Positions 18,033-26,665 of a stretch of DNA of 53,044 nucleotides are shown here, in pieces. The position numbers and the translations under genes are program-made. The DNA lies in assembly GCA_035403045.1 (NCBI GenBank), contig DAONEL010000004.1, forward strand, positions 1-53,044, in the 5' to 3' direction. Below the pieces are notes generated by a model. It searched no databases, was not told the DNA's origin, and saw nothing but the letters and a program-made list of their open reading frames with translations. Within the stretch, counting starts at the first letter, position 1. Every line of letters begins with the position of its first letter. Source of the stretch: Bacteroidales bacterium (lineage in GTDB: Bacteria > Bacteroidota > Bacteroidia > Bacteroidales > UBA4417).

Positions 18033-19337
18033 ATGGGAAATATCCTGGCCATAGTCGGCAGGCCGAATGTCGGCAAGAGTACCCTTTTTAACCGCCTTAC
18101 CGGCTCACGTGCCGCTATAGTTGATCCTACCAGCGGCGTGACCCGCGACCGTCATTACGGCCACAGCGACTGGAATGGCATTGAGTTTTCGGTGATCGAT
18201 ACCGGCGGAGTTGTGCTTGGCGGTGACGATGTTTTTGAACAGGCAATCACACGCCAGGTAGAACTTGCGATTGATGAAGCCGATGTAATACTTTTTATGG
18301 TTGATGCCCGCGAAGGGCTTACCCATATGGACGAGGATGTTGCAGAAATGATCAGGCGTTCGCGCAAAAAAGCATACCTTGCCGTAAACAAAATTGATAC
18401 TCCTGATAAAGTAAACGAAGTTGCCGAGTTTTACAGCCTCGGGCTCGACGGCGTTTTCCCCTTATCTTCAGCCAATGGCGGCGGTACAGGTGACCTGCTC
18501 GATGAAATTGTGGCTTCTTTCAAACAAAGCGAAACAGCCGAAGTTCCGGACTTGCCAAAATTTGCTGTTGTTGGGAGGCCCAATGTCGGCAAATCCTCCT
18601 TTGTAAATGCCTTATTGGGCAAAGACCGTAACATTGTGACCCCGATCCCGGGAACCACCCGCGACAGCATCTACACCCGTTACAATGCTTATGGTTTTGA
18701 TTTTCTGCTTGTTGATACTGCCGGGCTCCGCAAAAAGGGTAAAGTATATGAAAATATCGAGTTCTACTCGGTTATGCGGTCAATCAGGGCAATCGAAAAC
18801 AGCGAAGTATGTTTATTGCTCATCGATGCAACACAGGGCTTTGAATCACAGGACCTTAACATATTTTCACTGGCTGAAAAAAACCATAAAGGAGTTGTAA
18901 TCATTGTGAACAAATGGGACCTGGTAGAAAAAGAGACCAATTCAACAAAATATTTCGAAGAATATATCCGCAAGCAAACCGCCCCGTTTACCGATGTACC
19001 TATCGTCTTTACCTCAGTGCTCACTAAGCAACGCATCCACAAAGCGCTGGAACTGGCTGTAAAAGTCTATGAAAACCGCAACCGCCGTATTCCTACCCGA
19101 AAGCTGAATGATGCCCTGTTGCCGGTGTTTTCCGAAACCCCTCCGCCTATGTACAAAGGCAAGGATGTGAAAATCAAGTATATAACACAGATTAAAACCG
19201 CCTATCCCAGTTTTGTTTTCTTCTGTAACCTGCCTCAATACGTCCGCGATCCCTACAAGCGATTTGCAGAAAACAGGCTTCGCGAGATGTTTGAATTCAG
19301 CGGGGCGCCCATGGAAATTTATTTCCGGAAAAAGTAA
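18033..19337 (+). CDS. der: Ribosome-biogenesis GTPase Der (EngA), two tandem GTPase domains + KH-like domain
   Basis: Two P-loops (GRPNVGKST and GRPNVGKSS), two DTGG/DTAG motifs and two NKID/NKWD motifs. The C-terminal KH-like domain reads PPSFVFFCN. Confidence 0.97.
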   Translation: MGNILAIVGRPNVGKSTLFNRLTGSRAAIVDPTSGVTRDRHYGHSDWNGIEFSVIDTGGVVLGGDDVFEQAITRQVELAIDEADVILFMVDAREGLTHMDEDVAEMIRRSRKKAYLAVNKIDTPDKVNEVAEFYSLGLDGVFPLSSANGGGTGDLLDEIVASFKQSETAEVPDLPKFAVVGRPNVGKSSFVNALLGKDRNIVTPIPGTTRDSIYTRYNAYGFDFLLVDTAGLRKKGKVYENIEFYSVMRSIRAIENSEVCLLLIDATQGFESQDLNIFSLAEKNHKGVVIIVNKWDLVEKETNSTKYFEEYIRKQTAPFTDVPIVFTSVLTKQRIHKALELAVKVYENRNRRIPTRKLNDALLPVFSETPPPMYKGKDVKIKYITQIKTAYPSFVFFCNLPQYVRDPYKRFAENRLREMFEFSGAPMEIYFRKK

Positions 19338-19351
19338 CAGCCTTCAGAATT

Positions 19352-19747
19352 ATGGAGAATGATCACCTTCGCATCGACAAATGGCTGTGGGATGTCAGGC
19401 TTTTCAAAACCCGCAGCCAGGCTACCGAAGCATGCAAGGCCGGCAAGGTGAAAATGGACAATACCTCAGTGAAACCTGCCAAGGAGATTAAGTGCGGCGA
19501 TATTATTACCATTAGTATGAATCCCTTGTTTAAAACGGTGAAAGTGAAGGATTTTCCCAAAAGCCGGCTCAGTGCCAGGCTTGTTCCCGATTTTATGGAA
19601 GATCTTACACCCGCTGAGGAGTACGACCGCGTGAAACTTATTCATGAAACCAACACCGAATACCGCGACCGGGGCATAGGCCGCCCGACCAAAAAACAGC
19701 GCAGGCTTATTGATAAGCTAAAAAGCAGCAAGGATCGCTGGGATTGA
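19352..19747 (+). CDS. S4-domain RNA-binding protein (Hsp15-like)
   Basis: LRIDKWLWDVRLFKTRSQATEACKAGKVKMDN is an S4/Hsp15-type alpha-L motif. The gene starts 14 nt after der. Confidence 0.85.
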   Translation: MENDHLRIDKWLWDVRLFKTRSQATEACKAGKVKMDNTSVKPAKEIKCGDIITISMNPLFKTVKVKDFPKSRLSARLVPDFMEDLTPAEEYDRVKLIHETNTEYRDRGIGRPTKKQRRLIDKLKSSKDRWD

Positions 19748-19752
19748 GTTGA

Positions 19753-19860
19753 GGAAATTGGTTAATGGGAAATGGTTAGGAAACTGGAGACTGGAAACTG
19801 GACATTCTTTCCAGATTCTTCGTTCCAGATCCTTCTTTCCAGATCCCAGATTCCAGTCTA
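19753..19860. repeat. Low-complexity intergenic repeat block: GGAAAT/GGTTA motif, then 3x CTGGA facing 5x TCCAG
   Basis: Read directly. GGAAATTGGTTAATGGGAAATGGTTA spans 19753..19778. GGAAACTGGAGACTGGAAACTGGA spans 19779..19802. TTTCCAGATTCTTCGTTCCAGATCCTTCTTTCCAGATCCCAGATTCCAG follows. A 7-bp hairpin forms between CTGGAAA (19790-96) and TTTCCAG (19808-14). The block fills the whole gap between convergent genes. Confidence 0.85.
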
Positions 19861-21045
19861 TTCAATTCTCAAAACAAGCCCTTTCAGGTACTCGCTTTCT
19901 GGTTGAAAAATATTGATAGGGTGGTCGCCTGATTGTCCCAGCTGCTCCAAAACCTGCACCCTTCGCCCCGACTCTATGGCTGCGGCAGCCACTGCAGCAT
20001 TGAACTGTTCGCGGCTCACAACCTGTGAGCAGGAAAAAGTGAATAAAATCCCGTTGCTACCGATCTTTTTCATGGCAACAGCATTCAACGCGGTGTATCC
20101 TTTGATGGCATTATGCCGGGAGGCAGTGGTTTTAGCATAAGCCGGAGGGTCGAGGATAATCATGTCATACATGCCGGCATCCGCATTTTCGAGGAATTGT
20201 CTTGCATCAGCAGCCATGGACTTATGCCTGAGGCCATCAATTCCATTGAGTGCAATATTCTCTTCGGCCAGTTTACAGGCTGGTGCCGAGCTATCGACCG
20301 AGTGAACTATTTCAGCCCCCGACTTTAACGCATACACCGAAAATCCGCCGGTATAACTGAACATATTCAGCACTTTACGACTTTTTGCATAAGAGCCGGC
20401 TTTTGCCCTGTTTTCACGCTGATCAAGAAAAAAGCCTGTTTTTTGTCCGCCTTCGATGTCGATAGTAAACCGGCAACCGTTTTCAAGCGCTATACACTCA
20501 TTGCCGCTGCCGCGGAGCCACCCGTTATCAGTCTTTGCACCAGTATTCTTGTAAAGCGTTTCGGCACTTTTATTATATATGCCATCAAGTTGATTGTCAT
20601 AAAGTTGTAATAAAACATCGGCAAACGTTTCACGCTGCAGGTACATTCCGGCTGAGTGAGCCTGTATTACGGCAGTCCTGTCATACATGTCAATGATAAG
20701 CCCGGGTAGTGAGTCTCCTTCGTTGTGTACCAGCCGGTAACAATTGGTCAGGGGATTGGTGACCAGGTTTTGCTGTTTCCTCAGTTCAAAAGCGGCAGCC
20801 AGGCGCGAATACCAGAAATTCCGGTCAATAGGTTGTTGTTTAAATGTGAAAATTTTAACGGCGATCGAGCTATCCTGAAAATGCCCGGTAGCCAGGTATT
20901 TGCCCTTTGAGTTGAATACTTCGGCAATATCACCGTCTTTGAGATCTTCGCTTACGGCATCAATTGCCCCTGAAAATATCCACGGGTGATAACGCAGCAC
21001 CGGCAGGTCTTTGCCGGATTTCAGAACTATTTTTGGTAAACCCAT
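19858..21045 (-). CDS. rlmI: Class I SAM-dependent rRNA methyltransferase, RlmI-like (PUA + MTase)
   Basis: Track ORF trimmed to the ATG at 21045 (MGLPKIVLKSGKDLPVLRYHPWIFSGAI is the typical RlmI N-terminus). The SAM motif is VLNMFSYTGGFSV, followed by IILDPPAY. A -7 box lies 15 nt upstream of this start. Confidence 0.85.
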   Translation of the reverse strand: MGLPKIVLKSGKDLPVLRYHPWIFSGAIDAVSEDLKDGDIAEVFNSKGKYLATGHFQDSSIAVKIFTFKQQPIDRNFWYSRLAAAFELRKQQNLVTNPLTNCYRLVHNEGDSLPGLIIDMYDRTAVIQAHSAGMYLQRETFADVLLQLYDNQLDGIYNKSAETLYKNTGAKTDNGWLRGSGNECIALENGCRFTIDIEGGQKTGFFLDQRENRAKAGSYAKSRKVLNMFSYTGGFSVYALKSGAEIVHSVDSSAPACKLAEENIALNGIDGLRHKSMAADARQFLENADAGMYDMIILDPPAYAKTTASRHNAIKGYTALNAVAMKKIGSNGILFTFSCSQVVSREQFNAAVAAAAIESGRRVQVLEQLGQSGDHPINIFQPESEYLKGLVLRIE

Positions 21046-21060
21046 TTGAAGAATTTCAGG

Positions 21061-21068
21061 CAAAGGTA
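21061..21068 (-). promoter_or_regulatory. -7 promoter box (TACCTTTG on minus strand) for the rlmI-like gene
   Basis: The plus strand reads CAAAGGTA, which is exact TAnnTTTG on the minus strand, 15 nt upstream of the ATG at 21045. Confidence 0.4.
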
Positions 21069-21172
21069 ATTTAATGGCCCGATATTTGTTACTTGTCGTA
21101 ACTATTCTAACGGCTGAGATTCTGTAAACCAGTTTGTTAGAAGATAAAGCAACGAAACCCTGCAATTAATCG

Positions 21173-21180
21173 TATATTTG
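21173..21180 (+). promoter_or_regulatory. -7 promoter box TATATTTG
   Basis: Exact TAnnTTTG lies 36 nt upstream of the ATG at 21217. The track TTG start at 21178 lies inside this box and is therefore unlikely. Confidence 0.4.
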
Positions 21181-21216
21181 CAGCGTTATTTATTCATCTC
21201 AAAATTAATTTTTCCA

Positions 21217-22101
21217 ATGAAGAAATCAATTTTCCTGCTCATCATCCCGGCTCTTTTGCTCACCACAAGCTGCAATAAGCAAAAAGAAGAAATCGCCCGG
21301 CTAAAAGCAAAAAACGACAGCCTTCTTACGCTCAAGTTTACGAGTGATACAACTGTGATAGAATTCGTAAAAGCATTCAATGACATACAGGCAAATCTCG
21401 ATTCGATCAAGCAGAAAGAGATGATCATTTCGAAGAGTACTGATGGTACGACTGAACTGAAGCAGAATGCTAAGGATCAGATCACCAGCGACATTAATTC
21501 GATATACCTGCTCCTGAAGAAAAACAAGGAAATGGTGGCTGCACTGCGTGCGAAACTGAGCAAATCAGATAAGCGGATCGTTGAGCTTGAAACCATGATC
21601 GACAACCTGAACAAGCAGATTGAATCAAAGGATCTCGAAATCGCCGACCTCAAAGAATCGCTCAGCAAGCTCGATATAAAGGTGAAAGATCTCAGTTCGC
21701 AGGTAGATAATCTCAACCAGACAGTTGATAACCTCAGCTCCGACAACCAGGCTAAACAACAGTCGATCGATGAAAAAACTGCTGAACTCAATACGGCTTA
21801 TTATGTGGTAGGAACCACTGCCGAACTCAAGGAAAAAGGTATCATAACCCGTGAAGGCGGTTTTATAGGTATCGGCCGTTCAAGCAACATGAAAGACCTG
21901 GTGAATATGGAACATTTTACCAAGGTTGATATTACCAAGCTTCATGAAATTCCCATCATGAAGTCCAAAGCCACACTCATTACTTCACATCCTTCGAGCT
22001 CCTATAAATTTGAAGGTGAAAAGCCCATCGAAAAACTGGTAATCACTGATCAGAAGGCTTTCTGGAGCATCTCCAAATACCTGGTTATCAGTGCTAAATA
22101 A
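21217..22101 (+). CDS. Coiled-coil lipoprotein (hypothetical)
   Basis: Lipoprotein signal MKKSIFLLIIPALLLTTSC. About 170 aa of heptad-like, Lys/Glu/Leu-rich coiled coil is followed by a globular C-terminal domain. Confidence 0.75.
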   Translation: MKKSIFLLIIPALLLTTSCNKQKEEIARLKAKNDSLLTLKFTSDTTVIEFVKAFNDIQANLDSIKQKEMIISKSTDGTTELKQNAKDQITSDINSIYLLLKKNKEMVAALRAKLSKSDKRIVELETMIDNLNKQIESKDLEIADLKESLSKLDIKVKDLSSQVDNLNQTVDNLSSDNQAKQQSIDEKTAELNTAYYVVGTTAELKEKGIITREGGFIGIGRSSNMKDLVNMEHFTKVDITKLHEIPIMKSKATLITSHPSSSYKFEGEKPIEKLVITDQKAFWSISKYLVISAK

Positions 22102-22120
22102 AGCATTTAACACTACGCAG

Positions 22121-22148
22121 ACCGGCTCAACCGAGCCGGTTTTTTTTT
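22121..22148 (+). terminator. Rho-independent terminator
   Basis: ACCGGCTC-aacc-GAGCCGGT is a perfect 8-bp stem followed by TTTTTTTT. Confidence 0.85.
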
Positions 22149-22232
22149 GTCCGGAGCTTACAATTCATAAAGCCAGCCAGCCGGCAAGGAATTTGACTAT
22201 TTTCACACGCTGAACAATTACCCGAATTACCT

Positions 22233-23312
22233 ATGACTAAGACCTTAAATTTATTGTTTCCTGTTCTTTTGTTATTAGTTTTCTCATGCGCACCTGCCGT
22301 TGATGATAAAACGAAAGTGATTACTGACAATGAGGCTGATACCGGGCGGCTGAATGATCTGCCATCAGGCCAGGGGCTTTCAATAGTGTTTTATAATACT
22401 GAAAATCTTTATGATACGATTGATTCGCCAGGCACCGATGATACCGAATTCACACCTGAAGCCCGCATTCCCTGGACAGCCAAACGATTCAATACCAAGC
22501 TGGATCGCCTGGCAGATGTTTTCAGTTCAGTTGCTTCGCCCGCGATGCCTGATATCATAGGGCTGGCTGAGGTTGAGAATAAATTTGTGCTTGAGCGCCT
22601 TTTAAAAACAGGCAAAATGAAAAGCGCAGCCTATGGAATTGTCCATTTCGACAGTCCTGACGAAAGAGGCAGTGATGTCGCCCTTTTGTATAAAAAATCT
22701 TCTTTTGACGTTGTAACGGCCCAACCACTCAAAGTAAAAATCCTGAATACCGGTGACCGCACCCGTGATATTCTCTATGTTAAAGGCAGAACCAAAAGCG
22801 GTGAAGTACTTCACCTGTTTGTCAATCACTGGCCTTCACGGCGGGAAGGAACAGAACTGACTGAATTTAAAAGGATTGAAACGGCAAAAACGCTCCGAAG
22901 GCAGGTTGATAATATACTTGATACTGATCCTTCAGCCCGCATTGTGATCATGGGTGATTTTAACGATGAGCCCGGCAGCAGAAGCATCCGTGAAGTGCTG
23001 TCGGCAAAACAGCCCCGGCCACCTTATGCACCAGCAGAGCTTTATAACTTGTTGTACGACGATTTCAAGGCAGGCAAAGGAACCACTTATTTTAAGGATT
23101 GGGATATGTTTGACCAGTTGATAGTTTCGGGCAGCTTGCTAAAAGGATCGGCAGGACTGCGTTGTACACCTGAAAGTGCTTCAATTTTTAGTCCCGACCG
23201 CCTTATCCATAAGGACAGGAACGGAAAATCGCGCCCAAACCGCACTATGGGAGACAAATACTTTGGAGGTTACAGCGACCACTTGCCCGTAGTGCTGAAA
23301 CTGGAGGAGTAG
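22233..23312 (+). CDS. Endonuclease/exonuclease/phosphatase (EEP) family lipoprotein, probable extracellular nuclease
   Basis: Lipobox VFSCAP. EEP motifs are VFYNTENLYD, GLAEVEN, NHWPSRREG, MGDFND and YSDHLPV. It is a paralogue of 30957..31997. Confidence 0.85.
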   Translation: MTKTLNLLFPVLLLLVFSCAPAVDDKTKVITDNEADTGRLNDLPSGQGLSIVFYNTENLYDTIDSPGTDDTEFTPEARIPWTAKRFNTKLDRLADVFSSVASPAMPDIIGLAEVENKFVLERLLKTGKMKSAAYGIVHFDSPDERGSDVALLYKKSSFDVVTAQPLKVKILNTGDRTRDILYVKGRTKSGEVLHLFVNHWPSRREGTELTEFKRIETAKTLRRQVDNILDTDPSARIVIMGDFNDEPGSRSIREVLSAKQPRPPYAPAELYNLLYDDFKAGKGTTYFKDWDMFDQLIVSGSLLKGSAGLRCTPESASIFSPDRLIHKDRNGKSRPNRTMGDKYFGGYSDHLPVVLKLEE

Positions 23313-23317
23313 CTGAA

Positions 23318-23342
23318 GGAAATAGTTATTGGGAAATGGTTA
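23318..23342. repeat. Second copy of the intergenic motif GGAAAT..GTTA.TGGGAAATGGTTA
   Basis: GGAAATAGTTATTGGGAAATGGTTA starts 6 nt after a plus-strand stop codon. By eye, about 22 of 26 positions match 19753..19778, which starts 6 nt after its own stop codon. Confidence 0.7.
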
Positions 23343-23384
23343 ATAGCTAACGGGCTGGCATCTTATTGACAAGTAGCCGGGTTG

Positions 23385-23846
23385 TTACCCTGGGATAGAG
23401 TCCTGTTCAATATTAACAGTGCCTTTTGTATAGTCCGCTTCCTTGATGATGTTTCCTTTCTCGTCGTAAAAGCGCCAGATGCCCACCTTGCGGTCAGCAG
23501 CGTAGCTGCCTTCAATGAAAAGCTTTCCGTCCTCGTAATATACTTTCCCCACACCATCGCGCTTGCCGTCAATAAAAGCGCCTTCACTCCACAGGTTGCC
23601 ATTTTCGTACCAGGCTTTCCACACGCCGGTCCGTTTCTGATCAGTATAACTGCCTTCCATTTTCATTTTCTCATTCTCATAGAACTGCTGTTCACGCACA
23701 ACCTGTTCTTCGCCGTTTATTTTTTCGTAATATTTTACAAGCTTCGGCGAGCCGTTTTCATATTTTTCTTCCACAACTTTTTTAGGTCCACAAGCAAATG
23801 TAATGGATGCTAAAAAGATCAGAATCAATGTTCTAACGAGTTTCAT
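23385..23846 (-). CDS. MORN-repeat-variant lipoprotein (family often auto-annotated YwqK-like)
   Basis: Lipobox ITFAC. Repeated G.W..(W/Y)YENG..-type units are GVWKAWYENGNLWSEG, DGVGKVYYEDGKLFIEG and VGIWRFYDEKGNI. Its ATG overlaps the dihydroorotase stop (ATGA). Confidence 0.8.
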   Translation of the reverse strand: MKLVRTLILIFLASITFACGPKKVVEEKYENGSPKLVKYYEKINGEEQVVREQQFYENEKMKMEGSYTDQKRTGVWKAWYENGNLWSEGAFIDGKRDGVGKVYYEDGKLFIEGSYAADRKVGIWRFYDEKGNIIKEADYTKGTVNIEQDSIPG

Positions 23847-25189
23847 TTCCTGCTGAATGTTAAGCGTTTTCCTTTTACCGTATCATAAAACCGGCCATGA
23901 CTATACACCAGTTTTCCGTTTACAAAGGTATGAGATACCTGCGAATGAAAAGTAACTCCTTCAAATGCCGACCAGCCACACTTGTAATGAATATTTTCGG
24001 GTGCCACTGTCCAGGGTTCATCAGGATCAACAATTACCAGGTCGGCGAAATATCCCGGCCTGATATAGCCGCGCTTTTCGATGTTATAGCAATCGGCGGG
24101 TGCATGGCACATTTTCTCAACAATTTTTTCAATCGGGATCTGCCCTTTATGCCAAAGCTCAAGCATTGCGGCAAGCGCATGTTGCACCAGCGGTGTTCCC
24201 GACGGTGCTTTAAAATATGCCTGGTTCTTTTCCATGAGGAGATGAGGGGCGTGATCGGTTGAAATGATGTCAACTTTGTTGCTGAGCAGGCCCTGCAAAA
24301 GCGCTTCCCTGTCAGCGGCCGTTTTAATCGCTGGATTTACCTTGATCCTGGTCCCCAGCTTGTCATAATCTTCATCACAAAACCACAGGTAATGTACACA
24401 GGCTTCAGCCGTGATGCGTTTTTGCGAAAGCGGCAACTCGTTGGTAAGCAAGCCAAGTTCGCGGGCTGTTGAGAGGTGGGTAATGTGAAGCCGTGTGTTG
24501 TATTGCACGGCCAGGTTCACGGCCAGTTCCGACGACATATAGCAGGCATCGGCGCTGCGAATCAAAGGATGCATGGTTACCGGCACGTCGTCGCCATATT
24601 TCTCTTTCATCAGGGCGCTGTTGCTGCGAATGGTGGCCTCATCCTCGCAGTGGGCAGCCACCGGCAGTGGCGACCTTTTAAAAATTTCCCGGAGTGTATC
24701 CAGGCTGTCGACAAGCATGTTGCCGGTTGAAGCGCCAAAAAACACCTTAACACCACATACCTGTTGTGGATTTGCATTCTCAATTTCCCGGATATTGTCG
24801 TTGGTGGCCCCCAGGAAAAAGGAGTAATTGGACAGCGATTTTTCAGATGCAATACGAAACTTTTCTTCGAGCAACTCCAGGGTGGTAGTCTGAGGAACTG
24901 TGTTGGGCATTTCCATAAAGGATGTCACTCCTCCGGCAACAGCAGCGCGGCTTTCAGAAGCTATATCGGCTTTGTGGGTTACTCCCGGCTCGCGGAAGTG
25001 CACATGACAGTCGATAACGCCGGGAATGCATAGCTTTCCACCGGCATCAAACTCACCACCATCAAAAAAATCAGGAAAATCACCTCTCCCTACTTTCTCA
25101 ATCATCCCGTTATTGACAATGATCCAGCCTGTGAACTGTTGCCCTTCATTAACAATAGCAGCGTTTTTAATGACAAATTTCCTATCCAT
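23843..25189 (-). CDS. pyrC: Dihydroorotase (amidohydrolase superfamily, long form)
   Basis: Metal-binding HVHFREPG, carboxylated-Lys region GVKVFFGAS, and the catalytic Asp in ISTDHAPH. Length is 448 aa. Confidence 0.85.
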   Translation of the reverse strand: MDRKFVIKNAAIVNEGQQFTGWIIVNNGMIEKVGRGDFPDFFDGGEFDAGGKLCIPGVIDCHVHFREPGVTHKADIASESRAAVAGGVTSFMEMPNTVPQTTTLELLEEKFRIASEKSLSNYSFFLGATNDNIREIENANPQQVCGVKVFFGASTGNMLVDSLDTLREIFKRSPLPVAAHCEDEATIRSNSALMKEKYGDDVPVTMHPLIRSADACYMSSELAVNLAVQYNTRLHITHLSTARELGLLTNELPLSQKRITAEACVHYLWFCDEDYDKLGTRIKVNPAIKTAADREALLQGLLSNKVDIISTDHAPHLLMEKNQAYFKAPSGTPLVQHALAAMLELWHKGQIPIEKIVEKMCHAPADCYNIEKRGYIRPGYFADLVIVDPDEPWTVAPENIHYKCGWSAFEGVTFHSQVSHTFVNGKLVYSHGRFYDTVKGKRLTFSRK

Positions 25190-25209
25190 GCCGAGTATTC
25201 TGATTTATA

Positions 25210-25217
25210 CAAAGGTA
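25210..25217 (-). promoter_or_regulatory. -7 promoter box (TACCTTTG on minus strand) for dihydroorotase operon
   Basis: The plus strand reads CAAAGGTA, 20 nt upstream of the ATG at 25189. Confidence 0.4.
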
Positions 25218-25233
25218 TTTAAATGTGCCTTTG

Positions 25234-25241
25234 TATATTTG
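25234..25241 (+). promoter_or_regulatory. -7 promoter box TATATTTG
   Basis: Exact TAnnTTTG lies 20 nt upstream of the ATG at 25262, back to back with the minus-strand box 16 nt away. Confidence 0.4.
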
Positions 25242-25261
25242 TTACTGTTTAATTAAGATTT

Positions 25262-26068
25262 ATGAGAAAAATGATATTACGAAGTTCCTTCATTCTCCTG
25301 TTAATTATCATGAGTTTAATGAATGCTAATGGGCAAATCGGAGGGTTGTCAGGATCAAAGCTCAACTCTTTGTGTGTTGATCCGGTTGACAGGAACCAGC
25401 TTGAGTTTGAACCTGGTTTTTATTACCTGACGAGCAGAAAAGGCTGGAACAATGACGGCAGGACTATTAATTCTTTCGCATCCGGCGACAGCCTTTACGC
25501 GGAATCGGCCCTGCGGTTCAGGTTCACATACGGTGTCACAGGGAAGATGGAAATCGGGGTGAACATTCCTGGCGATATGTCGGTTGGAAACTGGGGTTTT
25601 AAATATGAGTTGTATAAACATCAGAAATCAGCATTCGCAATAATGGGTGGCTTGAATACGCCATTCGGAAATGGCACAAGGAACCGGAAATCGGATGAAA
25701 ATACTATTCAGGCTGGCTTGGGAGCCATATATTCCTGGTCGCCGACGGAGGTTTTCTCCACTGATTTTTCAATACAGGGTATGCAGTCATTTCCTGAGCC
25801 TGAACAAGCAGCAGCAAAATACATCTCGGTGTCGGCTGATGTAGGGTACTACCTGTTCGACGGAAAACTGCAGCCTGCTATTGGCCTGGGTTTTCAGAAA
25901 TTCTTCTACGACAATACCCGGCAGTATCTTCTCACACTTTATCCCGGCTTGACCCTCGAAACCGGCAAAGATTTCATCATTACAATCATTCATTCGGTTG
26001 ACCTTACAGGCCGGAATATTAAAAAACAACATATTACCGACCTTTCGTTTACCTTAACGATCCGTTAA
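25262..26068 (+). CDS. Outer-membrane beta-barrel protein (hypothetical)
   Basis: A signal peptide is followed by alternating amphipathic strands rich in G/Y/F. No specific family recognised. Confidence 0.6.
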   Translation: MRKMILRSSFILLLIIMSLMNANGQIGGLSGSKLNSLCVDPVDRNQLEFEPGFYYLTSRKGWNNDGRTINSFASGDSLYAESALRFRFTYGVTGKMEIGVNIPGDMSVGNWGFKYELYKHQKSAFAIMGGLNTPFGNGTRNRKSDENTIQAGLGAIYSWSPTEVFSTDFSIQGMQSFPEPEQAAAKYISVSADVGYYLFDGKLQPAIGLGFQKFFYDNTRQYLLTLYPGLTLETGKDFIITIIHSVDLTGRNIKKQHITDLSFTLTIR

Positions 26069-26111
26069 TTAATCTGCCAGGTTTCACCAACAGTTCTATT
26101 CAGCCCCAGCC

Positions 26112-26660
26112 ATGAATCAACTTCTTTTATTTGCGCTGCTCAGTATTCCTTTAATTGTTATATCACTCAAACCCCTGATGAACCCGGCGAGCCATGGTTT
26201 CTACCGATTTTTCGGATGGGAAGGAATGGCCTGGTTGTTTTCATGTAATTACAGGTATTGGTTTGCTGATCCGTTTAGTGTCAGCCAGGTGATATCATGG
26301 GTTCTCCTGGCCGTTTCAATATACTATGTAGCGGCCGGATCAGTGCTCCTGATAGGCAAGGGGAAGCCCGGAAAACACAGAAATGACGAAGCTTTGTATC
26401 AGTTTGAAAAAACCTCGGAACTTGTGGATACGGGTTTGTACAAATATATCCGGCACCCGCTGTATGGTTCGCTGATTTTTCTTACCTGGGGCATATTGCT
26501 GAAAAACATTACATGGTCTGGAGTTGTCGTAACGCTGGCTTCCACATTCTTCTTTTATCTGACGGCCAGGCGCGATGAGAAAGAATGTACTGCTCATTTT
26601 GGTGCAGAGTACACTCAGTACATGAAGAGATCAGCTATGTTTGTACCTTTCGTTTTCTGA
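26112..26660 (+). CDS. Isoprenylcysteine carboxyl methyltransferase (ICMT)/phospholipid methyltransferase-family membrane protein
   Basis: Several TM helices are present. The family signature is LVDTGLYKYIRHPLYGSLIF...RRDEKEC...FG.EY..Y. Confidence 0.8.
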   Translation: MNQLLLFALLSIPLIVISLKPLMNPASHGFYRFFGWEGMAWLFSCNYRYWFADPFSVSQVISWVLLAVSIYYVAAGSVLLIGKGKPGKHRNDEALYQFEKTSELVDTGLYKYIRHPLYGSLIFLTWGILLKNITWSGVVVTLASTFFFYLTARRDEKECTAHFGAEYTQYMKRSAMFVPFVF

Positions 26661-26665
26661 AATTC

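Noticed and set aside
23385-23846. MORN-repeat protein as the antitoxin of a YwqK-type toxin-antitoxin pair.
   Set aside because: The protein has a lipoprotein signal and so is exported. No toxin-like gene is adjacent; its neighbours are dihydroorotase and a convergent EEP gene. The YwqK label is a generic family annotation.
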